Source: a bacterium (lineage in GTDB: Bacteria > UBA10199 > 2-02-FULL-50-16 > JAJFLM01). From it: a stretch of DNA of 64,000 bases. A program made the translations under genes and the position numbers. This document shows positions 10,031-19,446 of the stretch, piece by piece. How positions within the stretch are numbered: the stretch's first letter is position 1; every line of letters starts with the position of its first letter. The stretch lies in contig CBDCFN010000016.1 of assembly GCA_965216315.1 (NCBI GenBank), positions 1,472,001 through 1,536,000 of the forward strand, written 5' to 3'. The notes under the pieces are model-generated. The model did not search any database. It saw nothing but the letters and a program-made list of their open reading frames with translations, and was not told the DNA's origin.

Positions 10031-11044
10031 ATGGAACGCACAACTATAATAATTGCCAATGGACTCGGTATGGCGCTGGATCCTCAATTCTTCGCCATGC
10101 AAAGCGCTTTGGACGCCGTGTGGAATGGCACTCTTATGGACTTACCGGCCAAACAGCTGGTGAGCCAATGTCTCAGCCATGGCAACCCGCATCAAGCTCC
10201 TGCAGGTGAACACGAATTGGGCTTGTTGCATTTCGCCGTACAATCTTGCAATTTTCTTAGAAGTTTAGGCTCCCAATGGTTAACTCCAGATGCTGCCAGG
10301 TTACCGGAAAAGGTTAAGCAGTACATCGACTCAGTTGCGATATATTATCATCAATACGCGCAAAGCTTACCGGGGGAGTTCATAGATAGCCTTTGCGGCT
10401 TTATTCGAGACAATCCGGTTCATATAGGGACTCTTAATTATGACAATTTGCTCTATAACGCGCTTATCACGAAGGGAACCGTAGGGAGATATGATCAGGC
10501 AAGGCTCGTCGATGGTTTCTGGATGCATAGCGGAGGCTTCAAGCCCGATAATCTAGAGCGCCAGTTTGGTAATGATTTTGGTTGGTATATGCACCTCCAT
10601 GGGTCACCTCTTTTCTATGACCACAATTCCTCAATTAATAAGTTTGCCCAGGGAGACACACGGACGGGAGATCTAACATACCCTCGGCATGTGGTTCTAA
10701 CTCATATCGATCACAAGCAATCTGTGATCTTGAATAGCGAGCTATTGAAAACATATTGGTATTATTTGGTGCGTGCTTTATCGGAATCTAAAAGACTGAT
10801 ACTATTTGGCTACTCAGGGCAAGATAAGCATCTAAACCTGACGCTTTCAGGATGGTTCCGTTTCCTCATAGAAAACTTATCTGAGACAGACCTACAAGAT
10901 AAGCTAACTATTGTTGAATGGGATAATGGCGAGGAGAGAGCAGCTGCTGCAAGGGAGGTTTTTTGGCGCCAGAGACTCGAGCTGCCAGGTAATTTTCCGG
11001 TAGATATCCAATTGATGAGCAATATCCTGGCATATCGTTTCTAG
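10031..11044 (+). CDS. SIR2-like domain protein (SIR2_2/AbiH-like), putative anti-phage effector
   Basis: IIIANG at the N-terminus, TLNYDNLL, HLHGS and FGYSGQDKHL motifs; lower GC; located in the island. Confidence 0.75.
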   Translation: MERTTIIIANGLGMALDPQFFAMQSALDAVWNGTLMDLPAKQLVSQCLSHGNPHQAPAGEHELGLLHFAVQSCNFLRSLGSQWLTPDAARLPEKVKQYIDSVAIYYHQYAQSLPGEFIDSLCGFIRDNPVHIGTLNYDNLLYNALITKGTVGRYDQARLVDGFWMHSGGFKPDNLERQFGNDFGWYMHLHGSPLFYDHNSSINKFAQGDTRTGDLTYPRHVVLTHIDHKQSVILNSELLKTYWYYLVRALSESKRLILFGYSGQDKHLNLTLSGWFRFLIENLSETDLQDKLTIVEWDNGEERAAAAREVFWRQRLELPGNFPVDIQLMSNILAYRF

Positions 11045-11236
11045 CACCCTAATATCCTATTGCATTCTTACCGACTTAATCGGACTTCCCACTGTTCGAT
11101 CTACTGACTGTCTACTCATTTCAAATTCCCGCCGCTCCCGCAGGCATGACCTTCTTATTCTCCAGCTGCATTCCCCATCCCTCTTCATGCCCATCCCTGC
11201 ACATCTTTATCTCTATATTTCAATTTCACTATCTAT

Positions 11237-11470
11237 CACCACTACCACCGGCCCGAAATAGCACCCTCCAGCACCCGCAGCGTCCACTGACCCCAGTCTC
11301 TCTCATACTACCGACAGGTACGTAGAGAGAGTGGGGTCAGAGGTTTCCGGTATTAACCGGAAAAGCGAAGGGTACGATATTATGAGGCTATTTCAGACAC
11401 CGAGTTTCCGGTAACTTTCCGAAACCCGGAAACTTTACCGGAATGTTTGAGAGAACTTTTCGGCCGGAAA
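11237..11470. repeat. structured non-coding repeat, copy 1 (hairpin plus TTTCCGG/CCGGAAA iterons)
   Basis: Aligns with 11662-11885; hairpin CTGACCCCA...TGGGGTCAG at 11287-11340. Confidence 0.75.
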
Positions 11471-11661
11471 TTATGATCGGTCCTTCTTGTCTCTCATCTG
11501 ACCTGGATTTAATTGCCCAGCCCACTCATCTACCACCTTTGATTCGGCCCCTTGCTACTAACTGTGATCATCATCACAATCACCGCCAGCACCGCCACCA
11601 CCATCACCACAGAATCATCATTTTCTCTTCTTTCTATTTCTTAGTTTTTTAATTCTCTTAA

Positions 11662-11885
11662 CACCACGCACCACCCATCCGAAATTGCACTCCCAGCACC
11701 CGTAGTGTCTCGTGACCCCTATCTCTTGAAGTACTTACAGTACGTAGAGAGAGAGGGGTCAGGAGTGTCCGGCCCCAAGCCGGATAAACGAAGGGTGCGA
11801 TATCATGATGCAATTTCGGATTCCTTAATGTCCGGTACTACTAAGAACCGGACACATGACCGGACATTTTATGAATTGTCCGGTT
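11662..11885. repeat. structured non-coding repeat, copy 2 (hairpin plus TGTCCGG/CCGGACA iterons)
   Basis: Aligns with 11237-11470; hairpin TGACCCCT...AGGGGTCA at 11713-11761. Confidence 0.75.
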
Positions 11886-12256
11886 TGAGTGCATTCTATT
11901 TCGCGTAAATTGCGCCAGAGGCAATTATCGGAAAATATCATGCAACCTAGCTAGGTAGGCTCACACTGTGCCCATGCACTCCATTTCACGCTAATCCCTT
12001 CTAAGGGGATTAATGGAAAATAGGATACAATACGTGAGTCAGTGATGGACAGTGCTTAAGCGCCTAACGAGATTATCATGCCCGGGATATTTCACAAATT
12101 TCACATTTTTTGTGAAATTGCTGATCTCCTTAGAATCGCTATAGAGCGCAAATCTAGCCCTATTAGACAGCAAATCTGCTCCCCTAAGATAAATCCTCAA
12201 TGATTACAGTAAGATATAACTAGCAACTTATCAGCATGTAAACCCGATAAGTATAC

Positions 12257-12290
12257 TTGATACGTAAATCTAATTGGTTTACAGTATAAC
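12257..12290 (+). promoter_or_regulatory. putative TA promoter with palindromic operator; leaderless transcript likely
   Basis: TTGATA-17bp-TACAGT enclosing the imperfect palindrome GTAAATC-TAATT-GGTTTAC; ATG follows 8 nt after the -10 with no SD. Confidence 0.55.
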
Positions 12291-12293
12291 ATA

Positions 12294-12620
12294 ATGATCA
12301 CGGAGATCCGGTTCTCAGCGAAGGCCCAGCGGCAGCTCAAAAAATATAAGCGAAAACGCCAAATTCCGGATCATGCAATCGATAAATTGGACGTCTGGAT
12401 TGAGACCGTTGAGGAGTTCGGAATCAGCCATGCGCAGAAAGTGCCTAAATTTCACGATCACGCTCTCAAAGGAGATTGGCAAGGTTTCCGATCTATTTAC
12501 CTAGATATGACGACGTGGCGCGCAATTTATCAGATTAAGGTTACGACTAACCAGGATGGTGATGAAACCGTCGAAATAGAGTTTGTAGAAGTTGAGGAGG
12601 TGAACCCCCATGAGTACTAA
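12294..12620 (+). CDS. RelE/HigB/YafQ-superfamily mRNA interferase toxin
   Basis: IRFSAKAQRQLKK...FHDHALKGDWQGFRSIYL...WRAIY...EVNPHEY; precedes an HTH gene. Confidence 0.85.
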   Translation: MITEIRFSAKAQRQLKKYKRKRQIPDHAIDKLDVWIETVEEFGISHAQKVPKFHDHALKGDWQGFRSIYLDMTTWRAIYQIKVTTNQDGDETVEIEFVEVEEVNPHEY

Positions 12621-13101
12621 GAAAAAAAGCAAAGCTAGAAAGTTCCTAGAAGAACTTCGTGGTCATCCCTTGACCTTTGGCAAGATGATTGAGTCACTTC
12701 GCCTCAGCGATGGACTGACCCAACAAGAACTCGGCAAGCGAATGGGAGTTTCTAGGCAATTCGTCAATAACGTTGAAAAAGGTAAACCTATACGGCCAGC
12801 CCTGGCCGCTAAATTTGCGGTTGTCATGGGCTACTCGATCCCGATGTTCATCACTAAGGCTATCGAAGAAGAGCTAAGTCGAGAAGGAATTCCTCTTGAT
12901 GTGAAACTACCCCCTATTTCTCCCAGTGATGAACGTGAACTGATCACCAGTCTGATTAAATCAGGTGAATTTGAGAAGGCACAGCGGGATATTATTGTAG
13001 AAGCTCTAACCAAATTAAAAGCACCAGCGACCGAGGCAAAACGCTTAGTCCGACGCTATGTCAGTGACGTAAATAGCATTGAGGAGAGTGCGGTTGCTTG
13101 A
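12610..13101 (+). CDS. XRE/HigA-type HTH antitoxin with C-terminal extension
   Basis: LTQQELGKRMGVSRQFVNNVEKG HTH; overlaps the toxin stop (toxin-first HigBA layout). Confidence 0.82.
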   Translation: MSTKKKSKARKFLEELRGHPLTFGKMIESLRLSDGLTQQELGKRMGVSRQFVNNVEKGKPIRPALAAKFAVVMGYSIPMFITKAIEEELSREGIPLDVKLPPISPSDERELITSLIKSGEFEKAQRDIIVEALTKLKAPATEAKRLVRRYVSDVNSIEESAVA

Positions 13102-13146
13102 TAGCAAATAGCTCTCATTCTCACCCCATTTTGTGGGTGCAACTCA
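13027..13146 (+). repeat. ~120-bp imperfect direct repeat, copy 1 (antitoxin 3' end plus CACCCCATTTTGTGGGTG)
   Basis: GCGACCGAGGCAAAACG...TATGTCAGTGA...GCTTGATAGCAAATAGCTCTCATTCTCACCCCATTTTGTGGGTG matches 15747-15864. Confidence 0.85.
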
Positions 13147-13156
13147 ACTAACATCT

Positions 13157-13675
13157 TTAAATTTTCCGAGCATCATACGCCCAATGCAGCACGGCCTGTC
13201 GCTGCCGTTTACGACAACTTAGATCGCCGGCGCGACAGTTCTTGCGAATCTGCGTGATGTGGCGCCGGATTGCCTTCCAACGCTTGATCTGCCGCTGATC
13301 TTCTGTCGGTATCCGCCGTCCCATATAGTAGCGACAGTACCACTGAAACCAACCACGCGGATCCTCTGGATAGATCCATCCCTTTTTTCGCCACACGGAG
13401 AGAGGCTGACTTGCGTTGACACCGAAACAGTTAAGCTTGGCATTGCGCTTCTCTGGTGACAGCTTGGCGGTTTTAAACCATTCTTTGGGAAATTCCTGCT
13501 GACAATCGGTCATGTACTTGCCACCAAAGACTCCTAGTTGAAGCATCTGTTTGGGGCTGAGCTCTGGTTTAAATTCCGGATCAAAGTTTTTGCCGATAGG
13601 TTCCGTGAGATAGTAGCGATAGTCCTGCTGCATTTTGTCTCGAACAATCACAAGTTTTTTTCGGGTTCGCGTCAT
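13157..13675 (-). CDS. conserved hypothetical protein (GVFGGKY / DPRGWFQWYCRYY family)
   Basis: 172 aa with distinctive aromatic/Arg-rich motifs; function unknown. Confidence 0.75.
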   Translation of the reverse strand: MTRTRKKLVIVRDKMQQDYRYYLTEPIGKNFDPEFKPELSPKQMLQLGVFGGKYMTDCQQEFPKEWFKTAKLSPEKRNAKLNCFGVNASQPLSVWRKKGWIYPEDPRGWFQWYCRYYMGRRIPTEDQRQIKRWKAIRRHITQIRKNCRAGDLSCRKRQRQAVLHWAYDARKI

Positions 13676-13688
13676 AAGAATAAAGAAA

Positions 13689-14591
13689 TTATTGGATCAA
13701 GGCGAGTTGCAGCGCTTCTTTGTAAGATAGTGGGTGGATAGGAAAGACTTGCAGCGCGCTCGTGTCCTCACAGATAACATCGTTTCTCAGTCCCTCCACC
13801 AAAGGACGTGTGATAGCAGCGGGGATCGGCGTCACGAGGTCAATCCAATAAGACGATAAGCGCGGCGTTAACACCGGTACATGAATCAGTTTGCGTTTCA
13901 GGCCGCGGGCTGCCGCATATTCTTGTATCATCTCTCCATACGTTAAGATTGTGGTGCCCCCGATTTCGAAGGTTTCTCCCGCACTTGCGGGAACATTGAG
14001 AGCCTGCACCAGATAGGCCAGAACATCACGCACTGCGATCGGCTGGACACGCGAGTCCAGCCAACGGGGGCAGATCATCACGGGAAGACGTTCAGTCAGG
14101 TACCGGATAATCTCAAAGGACACACTGCCCGAGCCGACAATAATCGCGGCACGAAATTCGGTCACCGGAATGCCGCTGGCTCGGAGCCAGTCGCCCACCT
14201 CGTGTCGACTGCTTAAATGGGCGGAAAGATCCTGCTGCTTCGAACCCAGTCCTCCCAGATAAATAATACGCTTGACCCCAGCCGCGGCGGCAACTTCGCC
14301 AAAATTTTGAGCTGCCTGACGATCCCGCTCTTCAAATGACGTGCCGCTTGTTGCCAAGGAGTGTATCAAATAATAGGCAACATCGATCCCGCAAAGGGCT
14401 CTTTTCAGTGTCTCTTTATCTAGGGCATCACCCGCCACTATCTCGACATCGGGCCAGTCGAACCCCACTAGCCGCTCAGGCTGCCGGGCCATACAGCGCA
14501 CGTGATGACCCTCTTTGAGTAGGAGGGGAACTAAGCGGCCACCGATATAGCCGGTGGCCCCGGTTACTAAGATCTGCTTCGCTTCAGTCAT
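13689..14591 (-). CDS. NAD(P)-binding atypical SDR (YbjT-like)
   Basis: LVTGATGYIGGRL, AYYLIHS, HLSSRHEVG and RAAIIVGSGS motifs. Confidence 0.88.
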   Translation of the reverse strand: MTEAKQILVTGATGYIGGRLVPLLLKEGHHVRCMARQPERLVGFDWPDVEIVAGDALDKETLKRALCGIDVAYYLIHSLATSGTSFEERDRQAAQNFGEVAAAAGVKRIIYLGGLGSKQQDLSAHLSSRHEVGDWLRASGIPVTEFRAAIIVGSGSVSFEIIRYLTERLPVMICPRWLDSRVQPIAVRDVLAYLVQALNVPASAGETFEIGGTTILTYGEMIQEYAAARGLKRKLIHVPVLTPRLSSYWIDLVTPIPAAITRPLVEGLRNDVICEDTSALQVFPIHPLSYKEALQLALIQ

Positions 14592-15583
14592 GAGCGCTCT
14601 GCTCCCCGCCCTTTGCCTGAATCGGTAATCTCCACTAAGTCCAGCGGATAAGGATCAAAGTAAGCCTGCTGGGCGAGGTAGGCCTCCTCAAAACGCTGGA
14701 TCCAAGATTGCAAGATACCGATTGGCTGACTAAGCGGGACCTTGGCCGTTCGGTAGGCTTCAAGTGTCGTTAGAAAGTGCGCACGTTCTCGTGCAGTCAA
14801 CTGTTTGGAGAAATAGCCAAGGCCATGCATCAAGACGTTAATGTGGCTGCTAAAACGGGCCATTTTCACAAAGGCTCGCGCAAGCGCTTCCGCATAGGAT
14901 TCCAGCAAAGCCGTCAGTGGTCTCTGCTCGCTATTGGCAACAATTCGGCCTAAACAACGTAATTCTTTTTGTGAGTAGGCCATAAAGAGCAGCTTATGTT
15001 CTGTATGAAAGTTGACCAATGCCTTCATGCTCGGTCGTTTTTGGAGCTGCCGAAACCGAGCCCTCATATATAGCTTCGTCAAGAAATGTTCGCGGATACG
15101 AAAATTATTTAGACGACCTTCATCTTCCACCGCCAAATGTGAAAAGTGCTTAAGAACTGCCTCCCCAAAGAACCCGGCACTCTTGCCGAGCGATTGCGGT
15201 TCAGTTTCATTACTATATTGCTTCACATCTTTTATACCGCAACTAGGCGAGCGACCTTTCAAAACAAAACCATCGACCTTCTGCAGTGAGTGCAGATAGT
15301 CCGCACTAAACTGCTTCATTAGCTTCGTCAGATCGCGAGACGTGTTAGGTTGCTTCAAGTAGCGTCGCCCCGTCTTGCCGACGACAATTCGGACTGGGTC
15401 GCGAGGAATACCCAAACCGATCTCGACCTCCGGACAAACGGTGATAACATCAATCCGCTCAGCCAACTTGGCGACAAACTGGTCCTGAATACTCTGTGCA
15501 TTATAGCGGCAGGCCTCAAAATTGAGACAACGGCTGACAACAACACGCGGCCTTGGCTGCGATAACGCTTTAGGGGAATCCAT
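14588..15583 (-). CDS. DUF523 + DUF1722 (YbgA-like / 2-thiouracil desulfurase family) protein
   Basis: VSRCL...CRYN, VCPEVEIGLGIPR, KGRSPSCG, EDEGRL, NVLMHGLGYF; start uncertain (15583 or upstream). Confidence 0.88.
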   Translation of the reverse strand: MDSPKALSQPRPRVVVSRCLNFEACRYNAQSIQDQFVAKLAERIDVITVCPEVEIGLGIPRDPVRIVVGKTGRRYLKQPNTSRDLTKLMKQFSADYLHSLQKVDGFVLKGRSPSCGIKDVKQYSNETEPQSLGKSAGFFGEAVLKHFSHLAVEDEGRLNNFRIREHFLTKLYMRARFRQLQKRPSMKALVNFHTEHKLLFMAYSQKELRCLGRIVANSEQRPLTALLESYAEALARAFVKMARFSSHINVLMHGLGYFSKQLTARERAHFLTTLEAYRTAKVPLSQPIGILQSWIQRFEEAYLAQQAYFDPYPLDLVEITDSGKGRGAERS

Positions 15584-15746
15584 GTCGATGCAAATATATT
15601 CCAGACACGAGTCGTGAGGCAAACTAAAACGTGGTCTCAAATTGGGCTCGAATCCTCTTGTCGAAGGGTTAACACCCGTGACGGGCTCATGTTGATAGAA
15701 TTCTGTTCTCCACTGTGACTGCCGTTTGAAATGATTGATTTGGTGC

Positions 15747-15864
15747 GCGACTGAAGCAAAAGGATTCGTTCGGCGTTATGTCAGTGAAGAAAATGGCATG
15801 CAGGAACGTGCGATCGCATGATAGGAAATGGCTCTCATCCCACCCCATTTTGTGGGTGAACTGA
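15747..15864 (+). repeat. ~120-bp imperfect direct repeat, copy 2 (remnant of an antitoxin-like 3' end plus CACCCCATTTTGTGGGTG)
   Basis: Reads ATEAKGFVRRYVSEENGMQERAIA-stop versus ATEAKRLVRRYVSDVNSIEESAVA-stop in copy 1. Confidence 0.85.
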
Positions 15865-16146
15865 GGGTGACTTATGCTACTACTTTTTTAATTCCAGCAA
15901 CTTTCCATAAAAACAATCGATATTATTAAGGCATATTGCTTGCTTTCTGAGAGAATCACTTGTATTGGAAGGCCAGCTAGTAACGATAATCTCATTCCCC
16001 AAGCGCTATTTTAGAGTGTCCCTTCCGCTGTCTTCGGTTACACCTCAAAAAATGAACACTTGTGAAATAGGCCTCAGCTTTCAAGGTCCGGGGGCAGTTT
16101 ACCGACGGCCCTGAATTCGTGAGGCACCGAAATAGAAGGAATAGAC

Positions 16147-17418
16147 ATGAAAAAGATATCTTTTGGCGAGCTCCAGCTCGTCGAACCCATTACACGTGCC
16201 CTAAGTGCCGATAATTACGTAAATCCTACCCCGATTCAAGCCAAGGCGATCCCTGCCTTGCTGGAAGGCAGGGACCTGATCGGCTGCGCTCAAACCGGCA
16301 CCGGTAAAACCGCAGCCTTTGCATTGCCTATTTTGCAAACAATTAGCATGAACCGTAGCAAGATCGGCGCCCGAAAAACGCGAGTTCTGGTCTTAACACC
16401 AACGCGGGAGCTGGCCGCCCAAGTAGGAGCTAGTTTTAAACGTTACGGGCGGCACCTTAAATTCAAGCACGCACTCGTCTTCGGAGGCGTCGGTCAGAAT
16501 CCGCAGGTCAGAAACCTGAGACGAGGCGTTGATATTCTGGTGGCAACACCGGGCCGACTCCTCGACTTGATGAACCAGGGACATCTCTCATTGAATGAGG
16601 TCGACACCTTTGTTTTAGACGAAGCTGACCGCATGCTGGACATGGGTTTTCTTCCCGATATTAAGAAAGTGATTGCCGAACTACCCCGCCAACGTCAAAC
16701 CGTATTCTTCTCGGCGACCATGGGAAAAGAAATCCTCCGGCTTGCCAACAGCATCCTAATCAATCCTGTCAAGGTGGAGGTAACGCCGCCGGCATCGACA
16801 CCCCAGCGTATTGACGAGCGTGTCCTGTTCGTGGATGACGGAAACAAGCGGGCATTACTCATGGAAATTCTTGATGGCCCGGACGTGGCGCGCACCCTAA
16901 TTTTCACGAGAACCAAACATGGTGCCAACCGCTTAGTCACTCAGTTGGGGAAAAAGGCCGTCAAAGCCCGCGCCCTTCACGGCAATAAATCGCAGTCCGC
17001 GCGGATGGCGGCCTTAAAGGATTTCCATCAAGGTCGTTGCAAAGTTCTAGTTGCCACGGATATTGCGGCCCGGGGAATCGATGTCGCCGGCATCAGTCAT
17101 GTGATCAATTACGACCTTCCAATGGATCCGGAAAACTACGTCCATCGCATCGGCCGTACCGCCCGCTCGGGTGCTACTGGCATCGCAATTTCTTTTTGCG
17201 GTGCGGCTGAACGGAAGTATCTGAAGGACATTCAGCGACTGCTTAACCGCTTAGTACCCGTCGACAAGAATCATTCCTTTCACTCAGTACAAGCCGCCGC
17301 TGCAGATCGCTGGCGTCACGCTACAAGCCAAAATGGTAAGTCAGGGAAAGCTTCTGCAAGTCAAAGGAGAAGGAGACATCAAAGGCATAAGCAGTCACGA
17401 GGGGCCAGGAATCCATAA
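16147..17418 (+). CDS. rhlE: DEAD-box RNA helicase (RhlE-like)
   Basis: PTPIQ, AQTGTGKT, PTRELA, TPGRL, DEAD, SAT, ARGID and HRIGRT motifs; basic C-tail. Confidence 0.9.
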   Translation: MKKISFGELQLVEPITRALSADNYVNPTPIQAKAIPALLEGRDLIGCAQTGTGKTAAFALPILQTISMNRSKIGARKTRVLVLTPTRELAAQVGASFKRYGRHLKFKHALVFGGVGQNPQVRNLRRGVDILVATPGRLLDLMNQGHLSLNEVDTFVLDEADRMLDMGFLPDIKKVIAELPRQRQTVFFSATMGKEILRLANSILINPVKVEVTPPASTPQRIDERVLFVDDGNKRALLMEILDGPDVARTLIFTRTKHGANRLVTQLGKKAVKARALHGNKSQSARMAALKDFHQGRCKVLVATDIAARGIDVAGISHVINYDLPMDPENYVHRIGRTARSGATGIAISFCGAAERKYLKDIQRLLNRLVPVDKNHSFHSVQAAAADRWRHATSQNGKSGKASASQRRRRHQRHKQSRGARNP

Positions 17419-17540
17419 GTATCTTGCGTCACAAACAACGACCCAGGTAGAGAGTCAAGCTCGTGGTATTGCTCATCAATAGGTCTTTTCCACTCTAGGA
17501 CCGGATCTACTCTGTCGGATATATAGCTTCTGCTATATCT

Positions 17541-18083
17541 ATGAGTACATTTTCATGCTATCTTGATGTTAACGAAAAAATAAATATGACAAAATATTTT
17601 ACGACATTATCTCCCTCTGGTCTGCTGGGCTTACTTATCGGAATCGAAGCTTCAAATGCATTTCGGTATCGGGAGTGGGCTGATCGATTTCGTCCCTTTA
17701 ATGAAAAGGTCAGCGCATTATTTGATGAAATGGCAGATTGTGACGACGCTCATTATGATGATTTGTTCGCATTATATACTGAACAGTTCGGCAGTCTGAT
17801 TGCGTCAGATAATTCTCAAGAGATTGATAAGCATACTCAGGACGCAAAAGATGTAGAGGCGCATTTCTTTGTTGTCGATAATACGATGGCCAAGAATATT
17901 CTAACGGCGGCGCTCCACACATTGGCTAAGGCGCGTCATATCTATCAAGCAATCTTATCTAGGTCCCAAAGTACTGTACTGCGTAAGGCATACAAACCAC
18001 ATACTATTTCTGACTCGGGCCATACCCGAAGACTGAAGGATTATTTGCTGGAATTTCAACCGCTCCAACTCAAAGGCACTTAG
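17541..18083 (+). CDS. ferritin/rubrerythrin-like protein (MbfA N-terminal-like), possibly degenerate
   Basis: LIGIEASNAFRYREWADRF...LFDEMADCDDAHY pattern; several expected Glu ligands appear substituted; start may be 17585. Confidence 0.55.
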   Translation: MSTFSCYLDVNEKINMTKYFTTLSPSGLLGLLIGIEASNAFRYREWADRFRPFNEKVSALFDEMADCDDAHYDDLFALYTEQFGSLIASDNSQEIDKHTQDAKDVEAHFFVVDNTMAKNILTAALHTLAKARHIYQAILSRSQSTVLRKAYKPHTISDSGHTRRLKDYLLEFQPLQLKGT

Positions 18084-18092
18084 ACAGCGTTA

Positions 18093-19277
18093 TCAACCAG
18101 CAAAATGCGGGAGCGAAAACCCTCTCATGGGATTGCGGGGCAACGATAGTTTGAGAAAGCGCTTAACGGTGGTCCGCAGTGTCTGCCCCCAACGACCGCG
18201 TTGATAACGAATGCCGTAACGTTTGCAAATAGCCTCTACCTTAGGCTGTATCTCACGGAGTCGATTGGGAGGTAATTTCGGAAACAAGTGGTGCTCAATC
18301 TGTATGTCCAAGGCGCCGCAGAGAATACTGATGGGGAGAGGCACGTCATAATTATGAGCCGCCTCAACTTGCGCCTTATACCATTCTCCTCGGCCGTGGG
18401 GCTTAAAATCTTTGTCATAATACTTCAAATCATCACCGAAATGACCCGCATAAATAGTCGCTGTGGAATAAATGTTCCGCATCATGTCCGCAGTTAGATT
18501 GCCGGCGAGGACTTTCCACCAAAAAGGACCCGCCAGCACCGGCCAGAGGACAAAGTTGTAGGCCGAATAGGGGATCATTTTTTTTAAGGTTGTTTGGAGG
18601 GCACGGGCCAAGGTTTTAGGTTTTCGGTCCGGCAATATCTTTGCGTAGGATCCGCCCTCACCGGAATGGAATAAGTCAGTGAGTCCCGTGGCATATGTGG
18701 CAATAATCCAGAGAAAGAAGGGGCCTGTCCAGAACAGCTGCGCCACCTGGAGTAAGTGATAAGGAATCCATGGAACTTGCGGAGCGGCCCGCATGATACC
18801 ATAGCTTAAGTCCGGATCCCTTCCCACAATGTTGGTATACTGATGATGCAGAATGTTGTGTTCGTGCTTCCAACTCCCTTCGTCGACCGGGGTCTTCCAT
18901 CTAAAGGAAGCGGAATAAAAGAGTTCGGCACCGGCTAATCCGTCCCAACAGCCATGCAAGGCCGAATGACCGATTTCGGTGGCGTGGAGTTGATTGTGCA
19001 GGGATAACGCAAAGACACCCGCCGACCAGGTCATGGGATCCAGGCTGAAGTGGATGAGGAAGCGACCCACGATTTCGGAGAACCGCGCCACCTGCTCGAT
19101 TTTCTTGATATAGGCCACATCTTCCTCGCCCAGCTTAGCATTGATGTCAGCATGAACCTCATCGAGATCGGCAGCAAAAGCGGCGTATTTTTCCTGTGTC
19201 CACGGAGAATCTGCAGAAATGGCAGCAGGCTTCCTGTGACGGACTTTCTTATGGCGATGGGTCTTGCGCTTATTCAT
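18093..19277 (-). CDS. membrane acyl-CoA/fatty acid desaturase (DesB/DesA3-like)
   Basis: His boxes EIGHSALHG, HEHNILHH and QIEHHLFP. Confidence 0.9.
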   Translation of the reverse strand: MNKRKTHRHKKVRHRKPAAISADSPWTQEKYAAFAADLDEVHADINAKLGEEDVAYIKKIEQVARFSEIVGRFLIHFSLDPMTWSAGVFALSLHNQLHATEIGHSALHGCWDGLAGAELFYSASFRWKTPVDEGSWKHEHNILHHQYTNIVGRDPDLSYGIMRAAPQVPWIPYHLLQVAQLFWTGPFFLWIIATYATGLTDLFHSGEGGSYAKILPDRKPKTLARALQTTLKKMIPYSAYNFVLWPVLAGPFWWKVLAGNLTADMMRNIYSTATIYAGHFGDDLKYYDKDFKPHGRGEWYKAQVEAAHNYDVPLPISILCGALDIQIEHHLFPKLPPNRLREIQPKVEAICKRYGIRYQRGRWGQTLRTTVKRFLKLSLPRNPMRGFSLPHFAG

Positions 19278-19291
19278 GAGGGCTCCTATTT

Positions 19292-19309
19292 AGTAAACAC
19301 TTGTTTATA
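19292..19309. promoter_or_regulatory. putative FabR/DesT operator
   Basis: Palindrome AGTAAACACTTGTTTATA just upstream of the desaturase; a related AGCGAACATCTGTTATAA lies at 19403-19420 before the regulator. Confidence 0.6.
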
Positions 19310-19446
19310 AAATTGTGGTCTCTCTGACACATAGAGTCAAGGAAATAAGTGAAAAATAGTTTCTAGACAAGGCATTAACCAATATATAGCATGACTCCAT
19401 GGAGCGAACATCTGTTATAATAATGACACCAGGAAAGGAGAAGGCG

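Noticed and set aside
10031..11900. Retron (structured ncRNA plus effector)
   Set aside because: No reverse transcriptase gene is present
11443..11908. Short ORFs including a His-rich peptide (11443-11652) and 11705-11908
   Set aside because: They arise from low-complexity CAC/CAT tracts and the repeat; the frame is not conserved between the two repeat copies
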